A stretch of DNA of 64,000 nt from Selaginella moellendorffii (lineage: Eukaryota > Plantae > Lycopodiophyta). Where the stretch lies: the NCBI RefSeq assembly GCF_000143415.4, contig NW_003314301.1:766961-830960 (forward strand), read 5' to 3'. Position numbers and translations under genes: made by a program. Under the pieces are notes generated by a model, which had not been told where the DNA came from, did no database searches, and worked only from the letters and a program-made list of their open reading frames with translations. Below, piece by piece: positions 12,515 to 25,764 of this stretch (the first letter of the stretch is position 1; each line of letters begins with the position of its first letter).

Positions 12515-15261
12515 TAATGTGGTTCCACAGGAAGAACAGCATGTTGTTCCTCTGGATAAGCACATTTTCGGCATGGAAGAGACGCTGGAGCGGGTTGTAT
12601 CAGACTTGCTGAGGTCCCCTGCAAGCAGCAAGTGGGTTGGAGTCCATGGAGCAGGAGGTGCTGGAAAAACACTCCTGGCCAAACGAGTATGTGACAACGA
12701 TCAAGTCAAGGGGTGTTTTGATCCAGTTTTGTGGCTAACATTCGGTCAGTCGGTTCAGGTACGTTCCTTAAGCGTATAATGCAACATATTGAGGGGCTAT
12801 GGTTGTATCTCCTCAGGTGGAAGCAAAGCAACACGAACTTGCCAAAAGAATCGGACTAGAAGGTGATCAGATCAGCAATGAAACACTGGGGAGGGGGCTT
12901 GTTGGGAAGAGATGCTTGCTGGTGTTGGATGATGTCTGGAAGTCCATCCATTTGGATCTCTTGGATGTGGTGCAAGAGAATGGAAGCAAGATCTTCATTA
13001 CCACTCGAAAACGTGATGTGCTTGACAGTAGAGGTGCAATCAAAACCGAAATGGGGCTCTTGGGAAAGGAGGACAGCATGAAGTTGTTCGCAGTCCACGC
13101 ATTCCCAAACCAAAATCATGCTCAAGTCAGCAAGGCAGTGGTGGAGCAAGTTGTGGAAAAGTGTGGGGGGCTTCCACTGGTCTTGAAGGTAATTGGCAGA
13201 AGAATGGCAGCCACACAAGATTGGGACTATGTTCTGAGCAAACTCAAGGATCAGCAACTTCTTGCTCTTGATGAGGAACAACAGGTACTGCACCGACTCA
13301 AGCTGGGTTATGATGCATTGTTGCCTCTTCGCATCCAGCAGCACTTTCTCTTCTTTGCAGCGTTTCCAGAAGACTGCGAGATTGTATTTTGGGAGCTGTA
13401 CAGGTGTTGGAAAGGGGAAGGGCTGGTTGCCAACATAGCAGAGGCCAAGAATGTTTTAGAAAGGCTCAAGAATCACGCACTTATCACTGAAGAAGAAAAA
13501 GACGGGCGAGGGGAGAATAAGAGGTACAGGATTCACGATGCGTTGCTGGCTCTTGCTTTGCACATCCTGGAACAAGAAGGCCCAAAGTGTTATTTCAAGG
13601 CTGGGCAGTCGCAGATGAGGGACGTGGGGGACGCTTCACCAGTAACTACAGCAGGATTTCACTGTTTGCGTCTAAAATTTCGGAAATCCCTCTACCTAAG
13701 AGGAATAGGGTCAGAGTTTCCAGCACCACTTGCCTGCTCCTGGATTATAGTTACGGTCTCACTGCATTGCCAAGCCTCTCTGTTTTCAAAGGCTTGAAGG
13801 TTTTGTGCCTGAGTCACACTAGGGTGGTAAGTTTGCCACATAGCATTGGACAGCTCAAGAATCTAGAGACTCTGGATTTGTCTTGGGATAGGTGACTCCA
13901 AAGCATTCCAGATTCACTGGGCAACTTGGTGAATTTATCATATTTGAGCTTGGAAAACTGTGAGAAACTCGAGTCTTTCCCTGTGGATGCTTTGCTCAAA
14001 CTCACCAAGTTGGTCTACTTAAATGGAGAGGGATGTTGGAGAATGTGGACATGCCACAGGTGGCATCGGCTTTTCAAACACAAGAAATGCTTAAACAGGA
14101 AGTTTGGAAGACTCCATCTGGATGGTATGTTTCAGGCGTTTCATTGTTAAGATCCTATCCCTTACACCCTAAGCCAACTGGCTAAAAGGGTGATCATTTG
14201 ATTGCAGAGCCCTTTTCTTATCCTATATCCTGACCGACAAAGTTGAAGGTGTTGATTATTGATACACCGTTGGCTGTGGATCTACCAGCAAGCATAGGCA
14301 AACTGACCCATTTGAAACAGTTGGAAATACAAGGTGGTCACCCACGGGGAACATGTGACAGCTTTCAACGCTTGCCCAACCTTGAGATTTTGAAACTGAA
14401 TGGAATGGAGTTTCCATTGACCTCAGATTGGGACTGGAGCAGATTTCCGAGGTTGAGAACTTTGGAAGTGAGATGCTATGTGCGAAGAAGTGACTTTAGA
14501 GTAACCTCCAGCATGGAGAACTTGCAAAAATTGGATATTGAGGACAATCACCACCTTGAGGGGCTTCCTTTCTTAACAGAGGAAATGGTTCCCATGCTCT
14601 CCCTTAGCAATTGTGAACGCTTGATTGGGGTGCCCACCATCTCTCAACTGGCATCACTGAAGTTCCTTTTCATCGCCAGGTGTCCCTCCTTGAAGGACCT
14701 CTCCATCTCGTTCCTTCCAAATCTAGAGACAGTTTATAGTCTGTTCTGCAACAAAGTTACCACCATCAACATATCCGAGTGCCCATCACTGAGATTTGTT
14801 AAAATCAGGGACATTCACAGGCTTGCCCGTGTTGCATTCGGTGGCAACTTCCCACGACTTGCAGAAATAACCCTTGGTGGATTAGAACAGCTTCTAGATG
14901 TCTCTCTAGGTGCCACGGATGCCTTCCCACAGCTGACGCAGCTGCAAATAAGAGACTGTGGTATTGACCAACTACCAGAATGGTTCGCATCACTCACAAC
15001 GTTGAGAACTCTGGAATTATGGGATCTGCAAAACTTGGATGTGATACCCGATGGTGTTGCAAGGCTTCCTCTACTAAGGAAGCTTGATCTGGGAGGTTGC
15101 AAGAGGATCAACATGTTACCCTTTGCAGACTCTGAGGACAGCTCCTTCTATCCATCCCTGGAGTACTTACGCTTGGGAGAAACATCCGTCTTTCAAGAGC
15201 ACCTCTCGGAACGCCTTAAAAAAATTGCAAGTTTTTTTAATGAGAAGTTTTTTAGAGGACC

Positions 15262-15870
15262 TCTGCAATAACCAAACCTCAAATTAACGAAGCTTTGGAA
15301 CAACATTGTGCAAACCTGCGAAGGGTAACAATCTGCAAAGAGTCCATCTTTCATGATCAGTGTCATGTTGGCAGTACTCCAGTTCAACCTGGAAAACGAA
15401 CACACAGAATCATAGTACCAAAGCAACAAGCCTCGTTTTACCTCGAGCAAACAAACCAGCACCCATAAAAAGATCACGCACAGGTTCGCACGAGAATCAA
15501 GACGGAGCATCTTCATTTCATACAAACCTGGCCATCTTGAGAGTGCTCCACCGGGTAGATGCCAAGAAGAGCATCTCGCTCGCGATCTGACGAAGCCGAG
15601 CGTGGTATTCCGCCAAGGAATCCACCGCTGCGCGGCCTGGCGGCTGCTGTTTGCTGTTGGCAATATGCACGCAGGTGTTCCAGATCCGGTAGCTCAGCTT
15701 CCAGATTTGCAGCCGCTGCTCCTCGGAGAGCTCGGATTTGAGGCCGAGCACGCATTCTTCGAGCTCGGAGAAGCCTGCTCGATGTCGCAAACGAGGCGCT
15801 CGATTCTCCGCGGCGGATTCACAGTAGCCACACCGCCGATCCCTGGATCACTAAGTACCTCCGCGTGAGA
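15262..15870 (-). pseudogene. ZIP4: Second, 5'-only ZIP4/SPO22 fragment
   Basis: LQIWKLSYRIWNTCVHIAN..EYHARLRQIASEMLFLA. Nucleotide paralog of 8150-8430. Confidence 0.7.
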
Positions 15871-16148
15871 GCAAGCGATCGCCGCGTCCACGCTCGTTCA
15901 GCGAAGCCCTAGAAGACTTTCAGGAGGGAAGCGCCATGGAAGGTATGGAATCTCTCGTAGTTACCGCTTCACAGCTTTAGCATCCAGTGTTACCACTGTG
16001 TAAGCTTGAGTAAGATTTTCCGCGAGAGGTACGTTCGCTACACACGCGACTAGATTGAGTGGTGCTTAGCTCCTGCTGCAGTCTTCTTTCCGTCCGTTTT
16101 TAATGGTTTCGCTTAAAAATTCCTGGTTGTCTGGAGGAATCTCTGAGA

Positions 16149-17678
16149 ATGAGTTCTTCTGGTGAAGCAGCTCGAGAGAACGAATCCAGAGAGCTCCCTC
16201 AGCGTCATGTCGAGGACGAAATTCCCAAATCATCTTTGCCAACGATACGCTACCTTCTCCGGAGGAGCAGGTATCGACATGCTCTCTTCAGCAGCATCGT
16301 CACACTCATCATGGGAGGGTTGGTTTTTTCCTTCATCCTGATTTTGATCGTTTTTCTTCAGCTTGCAGAGCGGTCCTTCTCAAATGCATTCACTACCACA
16401 GGAATTGTCTGCGGCTTCCTGATAATGTTCGTTGTGGCCTCAGCACATACTTACACTTGTGATCTGCTTCTCAGACAAGCTTATTCTTGATTATGAGTCT
16501 CTTTCTTTCCACATTGGTGGGAAGTGGTGGAAGGTTCTGCCTTTTTTCTTTTCGTTTTTTAAGTTTCTAAAAGCTTTCTCTCTTTTCTTTTTTTTTCACA
16601 GCTTGCTACCGAAATTAGCATAGTGGTTCTGGGTAGCAGGCGTGTGCTTATGATCCTGTCCGTCGTCTTCATTGTTGCTCCACTTTGCCTGGTGGAAAAA
16701 ATGAGACAGGTATAATTTTGGCATTCTTTGTCTTCTGATTTAACTTTAATGCAGCTCAAAGTTTTTGCAACTGTAGGAACATCGATTGTCATCTGGCTGC
16801 TCGTCGTAATAGTCATGGATGCTATCAGGTTCAAGCTGCCTGCGGTGAAAAACGGGGAGCTTGCTGCTGTCGGCTTCACAAGTGTAGGCAAGTTTCGATT
16901 GTATTTAGTCATGCTTTTTATCTGAGACATATCGGTGGATGCAGGCTCAAGCTATTTCGACATTTGGTTTTGCACCCGATGATGATGCCCTTCATGCCTG
17001 CTGGTAAAGTTGGTGTGAAGCTGACCTCATACTTGGTTCGTGTAGTTATTCTTGGTGAGTTCTTTCTCGGCGAGCACAGATGGTTACGTTTCATTTCAAG
17101 TGAGCTATGTGCAGGAACTTCGTTCTTCATTTATGGGACTATTGGATTCTTCGGCGCAGCAAGGTACGGCAGCCTTACATCCGAAAACATACTGGAGAAC
17201 AAATGGCTTGGCGGTGGTGTACGACATAACTTAGCAATGCCGAGTATCAGCCTTTGAAAACTTTTAAAAATTTCTTCACTTATTGGATGCTGTTCTTTTA
17301 CAGTATAGCTTGCTTTTGCAATTCCAACTATGGAGTTTCCAACTCGCTACACAATCAACAGTTGGATTCCTGGTGATAAGACTTCTTACGCCATTTGTAT
17401 ATATCAGTTGGGATCCTTGTTTTCTGCACAGGCATCAGTCTCATATCGCCTAACAATTCAGGCGCTGTCATCACAATTACAGGGTGTTTTCATAGTAAAC
17501 CATTTCATGCCGTTCTTTCAAAGGTATGTTTATGTTTGTGTTTACAAATCACTATCTTAAGTTCTCTCTGCAGAGCAAAATGTCAGAAGCAGGAATGTTT
17601 TGAACTATAGAAAGGATACCTGGTATTCAAGAGGTGGTGCTTCCTGCTTTTGTTATTGCCGTTACGTTGCAGCCCTAA
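16149..17678 (+). pseudogene. Amino-acid transporter (AAAP/SLC38-like), multi-exon, probably defective
   Basis: Hydrophobic exons AFTTTGIVCGFLIMFVVA..DLLL, DYESLSFHIGGKWWK, FFIYGTIGFFGAARYG..SENILEN, separated by short GT-AG introns. Apparent internal deletions. Confidence 0.65.
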
Positions 17679-19323
17679 ACCACACTGTAAAACGTCAACA
17701 AATGTAAGCAACAGTTACATTTCCTTCCTGACATTGTTTTCTATTTTCCTTACTCTCGAGCTCTCGGAATCATTGGCGATCCATTCTTGATGGCTAGAGT
17801 CATGTTCATACTGTAACGGTCTGATACTTGAAACTTTGGCAACAGAGCAGCTACCAGAGAGTTCATTTGCAGCATAGCCATAGACAGGTGTGTATCTCAC
17901 CACACCACCATCTCGCCAAGACCGAGGATCAAGTTTATGTGTGTGACTTAACTGACGCTTTCTGTTTTGCTTTCCAGGCTGTCTGCCAAGCCAGCCGAAA
18001 GGGCCGAGGCGTCGTCAAAGTCGTCCACGAAAGACATATTGCCGCGCTCGAGAAGCCCATCACCGGCAGCATCGAGCAGTCCCGTGACGCCCAGGGCCTT
18101 GCCTCCCAGGCTCGCCGACGACCTCAAGCTCCAGCTAGAAAAGGGGGAGATGCTCAAGAGTTCCATCCCGGCAAATGCTGGATCAGCAGCAGCAGCAGCA
18201 GCACCGAGGCAGTGGATTGGTGTGTAGAGGCGGTGGAGATGATTCGCAGTGCCAATTTTTAAAAGTTTTGGACAGTGGAAGGCAGCAGTAGCAAGCTAAG
18301 AACAGGATGGCGTGCAATTCGTAAAAGGGTGGGTCTTACAACGGACACCACATGTTGTATTATGAGTGAAAAAAACACAAGCATAGAATATTTTACGAAT
18401 ATCCAATCCTTATGCGCTTCATGCCCTAGCAATTACCCATGCTATGTATGGAATGGAGCCATTCATGGCCCATAGACCCATTCATCCCATGCATTCTAGC
18501 AAGTTGTTAATGTTGCAAACCAAATGGACAATTGACTAAATTGCATACCATACTACCTTATCTAGAGCACTATGTTCTCACATCTTGCTCTTGGCGCTCA
18601 TGGCAAAAGAAGTGAATTATCCTTTTTTGGCACACTTCTTTTAATATAGTGTTTATAGCAAGTGTAAATGAACTCCATCTAGCTCCATTACAAAGCCATG
18701 GATATATACTATCTGGAGTCATGTCTCTAATGCATCTCATTGAGTTTATCTTTTGTTGCCATTAATTTCTAGTGTAGCTTTCTCGACACTTTAGTTTTGT
18801 ACCATGATGCTTAGAAGATTTGCATATGACTCAAAAGTAGGTTGAAGTCTAACTAATTCAATGAATTGGTGGGGCTCATACATCAATTGTATACTACACA
18901 AAGGTGCATAGTGTTGATGTTTGGACCTAGAGTTCTCTCAACAAGAGCATGCTGAAGGAAATTTGAGAATGTGGAAGTTGCTATGCCATAGTTGCAATTG
19001 CATGTAGTAACATTCAGGATAACAATAGACACTTTCAACATTTTCCAATTATAATTGCTTCAAATTGGACATGGAGTTCTCTCAAGAGGAGCATGCTGAA
19101 GGAGATTTGAGAATATGGAAGTTGCAATTGCATGCAGTAACATTTTGGTGAGAAGAGCAATAACAATGGACACTTCAATATTTTCCAATCCTAACTGTTT
19201 TAAATTTTGAAATTTGTAAAAAGAGTTTCCAAGCATGGGGCAAAACTATCCAATATATGCTGTGTACTGCGGCCGAAGAACTGGAGTTTTCAGGGATTGG
19301 AAGCTCATGCTCACTTTGGTAAG

Positions 19324-20569
19324 TGTCGCGAATGTGGCTTCGGGTATTAAAAGTTACCTATCGGCTAGTCCTTACGAACACTCTTTCCTTACTGCCATGA
19401 TGGTAGGAGGTCGGTATTGTTAATTCCCTTTATTGGCCCCTCTTGCTCAAGTGTTAGTAAATTGGAATTTGCATTTGTGTTTGGCTGGACGAGCATAAGG
19501 AAGGAATTCCTAAGTATCTATTTAGCCAAGCATACTTGGCCCAGCTTGTTAGTTCTCTTTTGCTTTGTCTTGCACTGGCTTGACAAGAACCTTCGTGTAT
19601 TGAGACTAGTCCCTCAATAATGCTAGATGATAGCTTACTGTGTCTGCCAAACACTCTCGCTATCATGCCCTTTATGTTAGTCTCAATTTTGTCCCAAATG
19701 CTAATTATGGAAAGTGTCTAGATTTGTTCATTTGGCATATCTACGGAATGTAGAGATTGGCTTGAACACAATGGTGTTCGACCCGTGTCCAAATTCACAA
19801 TCTAGTGCCTATTCCAAATTTAGAAGTTTCGAGCTTGTCCTAGAGACTAACTCCTGAAACTAAAAGAAGCTTGGGGTGAAAGCCCAAAGCATGTGTCCCT
19901 CAAGGGGAAAGGGGGGGGGGGGGGGGGGGGGNNNNNNNNNNNNNNNNNNNNNNNNNNNNNNNNNNNNNNNNNNNNNNNNNNNNNNNNNNNNNNNNNNNNN
20001 NNNNNNNNNNNNNNNNNNNNNNNNNNNNNNNGTATAGTAGGGATAGTGGGTAGGTCGGGCATGGCTGACTAACCTAAGGCATAGTCTGGCACCTGCTTGT
20101 GTGCCTGTCCTTGTTCTACGTCCGGCTTGGGTGTAAGCCCAAGTTCCATTCCATGCTAGCTGGTGGAGTACCTATATCCTTGCGTTAGGCCACTGGTATG
20201 CCAAAATAGCACTAGACTCCATTTGGCTCCGTTTTGCGTGCTAGTCTTGGCATTAGGATGCTGGTTGCTCTAGGATTGTTCCAAGTTGCTCCGGGCTCCT
20301 GTTCCTTCGCTCCTTTGGCTGTATGCTCGAGAGTTGCTCCATGGTTCGATTCCATCACTCTTTGGCTCCATGCTTGGGAGTTTGGCACTGTTTCTTCGTT
20401 CAGTGGCCCAAGGCTTTGAACCTCAGGTTCCACACCACTGTCCTATGGACACGTGGCATGTGACACATGGCATATGACATGTAGCACATGGAAGGTTTAG
20501 GTTTCGCTTCATGGTGTTATTCTATGGTAAATCACCATAGGATAAAGGGTCAAAACAACGTGTGTTACA
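19324..20569 (+). repeat. 5' LTR of element X
   Basis: Direct repeat of 38141-39297, followed by a PBS. Confidence 0.88.
19932..20031. other. Assembly gap (100 N) after a poly-G tract
   Basis: The paralogous LTR has only ~20 bp between the poly-G and GTATAGTAGGG (38742-38760). Confidence 0.95.
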
Positions 20570-23500
20570 TTTGGTATTAGAGGATATGTCTCAGTGAGTA
20601 CTATCGAATGAGATTGGGCAATTAGTCTCTCTTCGCAATCATTCCTTGGGTGTGGATTTGACTACCTTTTTGTACTGTAGTTTTGTGAGCTTGCTCTTGG
20701 GCTCAAAGGATGGATTAAAATGCTTCGTTTGCACGAGTTTGTGTTTGGGCTCGTGAGTGAGGCACATTAGCAACTCAAGGTCACACTTTGAGTTAGCAGG
20801 ATTAATGTTAGCCTAACGGTGGTTCCATGAGTTGTTCCAATGGTTCCATGAATTGTTCCATGTACCATGAGTTAAAGCAAACCTTCCCTGAGTTTGCTAT
20901 GAGTGGCAAATAGGCTAGTCCGTAGCTGTTTAGCACGACACTAGTGGATCCTTCTTAGGCATGATTATAAGTGGATCAATCAAGACTATAGAGATGAGTC
21001 TATTGATTCAAGTAATCATTGCTGTGCTCTCTCATAAATTTATTTTAGATTGGACTGAAGGTAGTGTGAAAGCAAGCTTGAGGTTTAGTCAAAGATGAGA
21101 CCGAAAAGAGAGTTGTCAAGGACGAAGGATCAAACACGTAAATCATTTTCTCTTCTTGGAAATATGATTTACAATGAGGTGTTAACTCATTGCTCGTATT
21201 CACATTATGCAATCAAGGGTCCTTATCTTGGTGCATATTGGAAATGATGGTTTTGTAAGTGGTGAGTCATGGGATGGATAGCGGTGAAGCGCTATACCAT
21301 TTTGTCTAGGCTTGCTATTAGAAAAATTCAAGTTGCAATGCTAAATTCTTTTCCGGGGAACCTTGCTATTGCTCCTTGAGTAACTTGGTGTTGGATTAGT
21401 TTTAAGTTTGGTCGGAAAGAGAGCGGCATGAGCTTGTTCATGTTATGAACAAAAGTTAGTGGTGTTGGGTGTTGTAAATTGCTATCGGTGGAGTGTGGCA
21501 TTTATGTTGCATTTTGTCGAATCGAATTGGCACTTGATGCTCACATAAACTTTTGAAATAATGACATGGGTGTTGCTCGTATTGTTGCTCAATTGATGAT
21601 CAAGTCATTGTGATACTTATATCATATCCATGTGATAGTGAGTAATGTGTTTACGAAGTTGCTTGGTTAAATGATGATCAACCCCAAAGTGGTTGATGGT
21701 GAAGCTAGTTTACTTGTATGTAGTAGCATTATAGTAGCTTTGACTGGATTCTCAATGGTGATCCATTATGCTAAGCTTAAGTTGGTACGTTGTTTCCTAA
21801 GGAGTTTGCCTATTAAGGTGTTAAAAAAGTGTTATAGCATTCACTTGCTATGGCTTGTTAATTTATCTATTAGCATTTGGAGTAGATTGTTGGATGGAAA
21901 AGGTGTGTAGTTGAGGCATTGACATTGCTAGCACTTGTGTTAGTGGAAGTGGCATTGTTGTTTGAGTGATGAGGAATTTTCCTTAAAGCATGATTTTCCA
22001 TATCATTTTTCTTATTAGTGTTTTGGCTTCATATTAGATCCTGAAGGTGGTTGAAGAAAAGTGTTAGTGTAATGTGGATATCTAAAGATGTGGTCTTCGT
22101 GATCAAGCCTTGGATGTTCATTTTGCATTTTGCGGATGTTGGTGTTAGATTTGAAGATATGGGCATGATGTTTGAAGCTTAAGCATATTGTTAGATCATG
22201 AGAATTTGTGTTGAGGTGAACTTATGTGAAGTAGTAGGTAGGAGGAAGTTGGTTGAGTTTTTAAAATTTGCATTTCTAGACTGAGAGTCATTCTTTCTTT
22301 AGGATGGAAAATTTTCCACAAATTTTCTTAAGCTTTTCCAATGGTCGATTTGTTGATCACTTTGTTAGAAAACCATTTCGTTTTTGTAAACCAATACAAA
22401 CTAGTGAAAGGGTTTGAGTTAATTGCAGTTAGCCTAAACCTTAGTAGGTAATTTGTATAATGCGACCTGAAAAGGGATGCTGACTTTTGGGGCTAAAACA
22501 ATTGAGTTGGATAAAGTCTGAAGTTGATGTAGAAAAGTGGCTATTGCGCTTTTTTAAAAAGGGTGACCCTTCTTCCTTTCTTTTATAATGTTATGCTTGG
22601 TGGCAGGTTGCACCTTGCATTTTGTTAAGACTCTATGAGAGTAGTGAGCTTTCACTGATCTTAACTTGGTCTTGGTGGCTCTGTGCCTTGGCTAAGGATA
22701 ATGATGTCTAACTTAGTTGTTTGAGGTTTAAGACCATACTATAGCTTGTCTAAATGGAGGTTGTGTACTAATATGAGTTCATCTCATAGTCTTCACTTTA
22801 GTTTCAATTAAGTGTTGATCATACATAGCTAGCCTCTTCAACTAGATGTGTTGGTGAGTTTTGAGTGGTAATTCACTCTTGCTTTCTTCTAGCTTTGTTC
22901 TGATGTTAATGGCATTGAAGTGATGATTTATCGTTGACATTATTGATGTTGAGATTTGCGTGAAATGATATGTCTCTCCTTAGGATTGATATTGAGTTTC
23001 ATTAGTCTCAATGAAGATAGTATTGATGATTTGGCTATGACTTTGCGTTATTGGCATTCGTGCATTTGCTAGTTAGCAACTATGCTAGTGTTCAAATGAG
23101 CTAAGTGGCAAGTTTGAGTTAATTGTGTTCTGGTTGAGTTTGGCTTTTCCTTGAAAGGTGATTCAATCGTGGACTATGCCAGCTTTACGAGAGAAAGAGT
23201 TAGTGATTGATATCGAATATTTGAGTCCTTGTTGGATTTGAATTGGGATATATCAATCATTGATGATTTTTCCTGTGCTTGTTATGAAGTGGGTTACATC
23301 AAGCTATAGATGGATTCATGGAGGATCGTTTGGTGGTCACTTGTTAAGCATAGCTTCATTGTGTTTAGCTTTTGGATTGATGCAAATATGCTCTTTATTA
23401 GCTTTACATTATGAAGTTTAGCTTCTAAATGTGTTGAGGAGGATATTATGGGTTATACCATGATTTCTTCTTTAGCATTGAAGTTAGTTTATGCAAAGCT

Positions 23501-25764
23501 TGTGATCATTATTAGGCAAGATTTAGTTATAAACTTCTTCGAGCTTTTGGTATTTTGAGTTTTCATGCTCATTGTTTTATTTGATAAGAGTTGTTAGGGA
23601 AGGCATTTTGGCTCATTAGCTTTGATATTAAAGTTGGTTTTTGCATCTAGCAATCATTGGTGATGGTTGGCTATCATCTAAGATAGTTAATTATCTTTGT
23701 CAAAAGGTTTTGTTTGATTGTTGTTGATATAAAATAATTTACTGTTCTTCGAGATGGGGATTCTTTTTTTGATAATGATTATGCATCTCTTTTTGATGGG
23801 ATGATTGATGATTTTTCATGGTGGTTAGTTATTTTTTTTTATGGTTTATGGCTTTTCGCAATACCACATGTACTTTATGGTTTGTTCTGGATTGGTCTCT
23901 TGGGTTTGAGACATCAATAGAATGTTGCTAATACTTGCTTGAGCAACTTTGGTTTGTTGGTATTATTGACCAGGATCTGTTCAAATTGGCTTATATGATA
24001 GTTGGCATGAATAAGTATTTGTTGGTCTTACCGCATTTATTCTATTCTGTTGATTATTGCTCAAATTAATTCTGATAGGTTGGGATGTTATTTCCTTTGG
24101 GTGATACATTCGCGAGCATTGTGCTTGTCAATTAATGATACTTTGTGTTCTTTGAGTTATCTTTAGTAAGTTGTTTAGCATACTATCTACCATTTTGAAT
24201 AGTTAAGTTTCATCATTAAGCTTTATTTCGTTAGGGGCTAGACATATCTGGGGCATGGTGACTAGCGCGGTGACTTTGTGTCCAGACTGAGTCCATCTAG
24301 TTGTATAATAAATCTCATTGTCAAGGTGAACAAGCCGAATCTGAAGCTAAAGAAGAGCGATGGCATGCGCGCACACACTATTTGTTTGTTCATTGAGCGT
24401 GTGGTGAGCTTTCCAAGATGAATGTCATTCCTATTAGCCAGACATATAACTTAATGGTGAGAACATTTAGATATTATTCAATGTTATCTTTTTCTAACAA
24501 ATCTAATTGTGAAGGTGTAGCAAGAGGCATTGCTAGTCTGGAGAAGTCATTTAACTCATTTGACCCTTAGTGTATTTTCATGAAACTAAATAACATTCAT
24601 ATTATTAAGGAATTTCTCTAGTACCTTTTTTTTATAACATAGAGGCTTGCATTTCTTTCAAAGATGATTTAGTAAAAGGCCTGAGGGCACATGCCATTCT
24701 ATTTCTCAGACCAGTATTAAGATATACTAGTGCAAAGGGAAAAAGGTATTTGGTGATCAAGTAAATGGCATGAGGGCACACGCCATTATAAGCCTAAGCG
24801 CTAGTGGACACCTCCTTTTTGGTACTCTCAGCGGTACTATCATTCTTCTCCGGGTCAGTTGTTTTACTTTGGATTGTTGTCTCTGATGTTACTGGGGCGT
24901 TCTCAATAGTTGTTAATGTTGCCGTTTGTTCAGAAAAATGATCACCTGGAGTATAGTACGGGGAGTTTGGAAAACTTATATATTCTACATCTTCACCTAT
25001 CTCCTTCTCCGTCTCCTTTTCTGCCTCACTTACAGATTTTGTGCTTGCCATGAGAACGCTCTTCACCCTAAAATATGGAGTTCGTTGTGTTATAAAAGGA
25101 AACCAACACACACGCTGCAAGGGAATGATGGTACATAAAGCACGTAAGCCCACAATATGGGTTTATGTGCCATTAATATGGGCCACACGCCATATTATTA
25201 GATTTATGCACATGTGATTTGTAAATGCATATGTCACATCATCTTTGTTTTACCTCACACACTATATCAGGCCTAATGAACCATATCACATGTGCGCACA
25301 TGCTATATATATGGAGAAGTATTATGCAAGGATAGAAAAATTCAATGTATGATTGTGGAGAGCAATGGCATGAAGCCACATGCTAAATAACATTTTAGAG
25401 AAAGAATTAAAATAAAAACATGCAAACAGTACTAAGTGGACCAAGACTTAGAAGTGCACAATTGAATGAGGTATTTCTAATAAATATTTCACTCACCTCA
25501 TATAGGAATGGCTACCACTCTCAAATGGCGTATCGCCTCATGCCATCACCTCGTAATTTGTTATAACAATCCGATGAATTCATATTCGGCTTGTTCACCT
25601 TGAACTTTAAGTAAGATTTGCTAGAACAACTAAGAATTTATACTTGTTAGTTGTATCATCTCACCTAGGAATGGCGTAAGGCCACATGCCATCACACCTC
25701 CTCTGATTCAGATTCGGATTGTTCACCTTGAAATAAAATACATTAGAAACTTAGTAAAGGAATA

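Larger units (their letters stand above)
8876..15271 (+). pseudogene. NLR immune receptor (RPW8-like N-terminal helical domain, NB-ARC, LRR), interrupted by a pogo element
   Basis: P-loop GAGGAGKT, kinase-2 LLVLDDVW, RNBS-B GSKIFITTR, GLPL, IHD, and LRRs 13700-15200. Introns 9178-9236 and 12759-12816. Removing the transposon restores the frame (..EVPS-NVVPQ..). Also has a frameshift near 13620 and a stop at 13893. Confidence 0.88.

Noticed and set aside
17828-18262. GC-rich exon-like ORFs (..PRQWIGV*)
   Set aside because: Possibly a terminal exon fragment, but it cannot be assigned to a family or linked to a gene.
18930-19200. ~145-bp tandem duplication
   Set aside because: Real, but no function or element boundary could be attached to it.
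19911-20031. Hidden sequence in the N gap
   Set aside because: The sister LTR shows only ~20 bp there, so the gap is likely a poly-G sequencing artefact.
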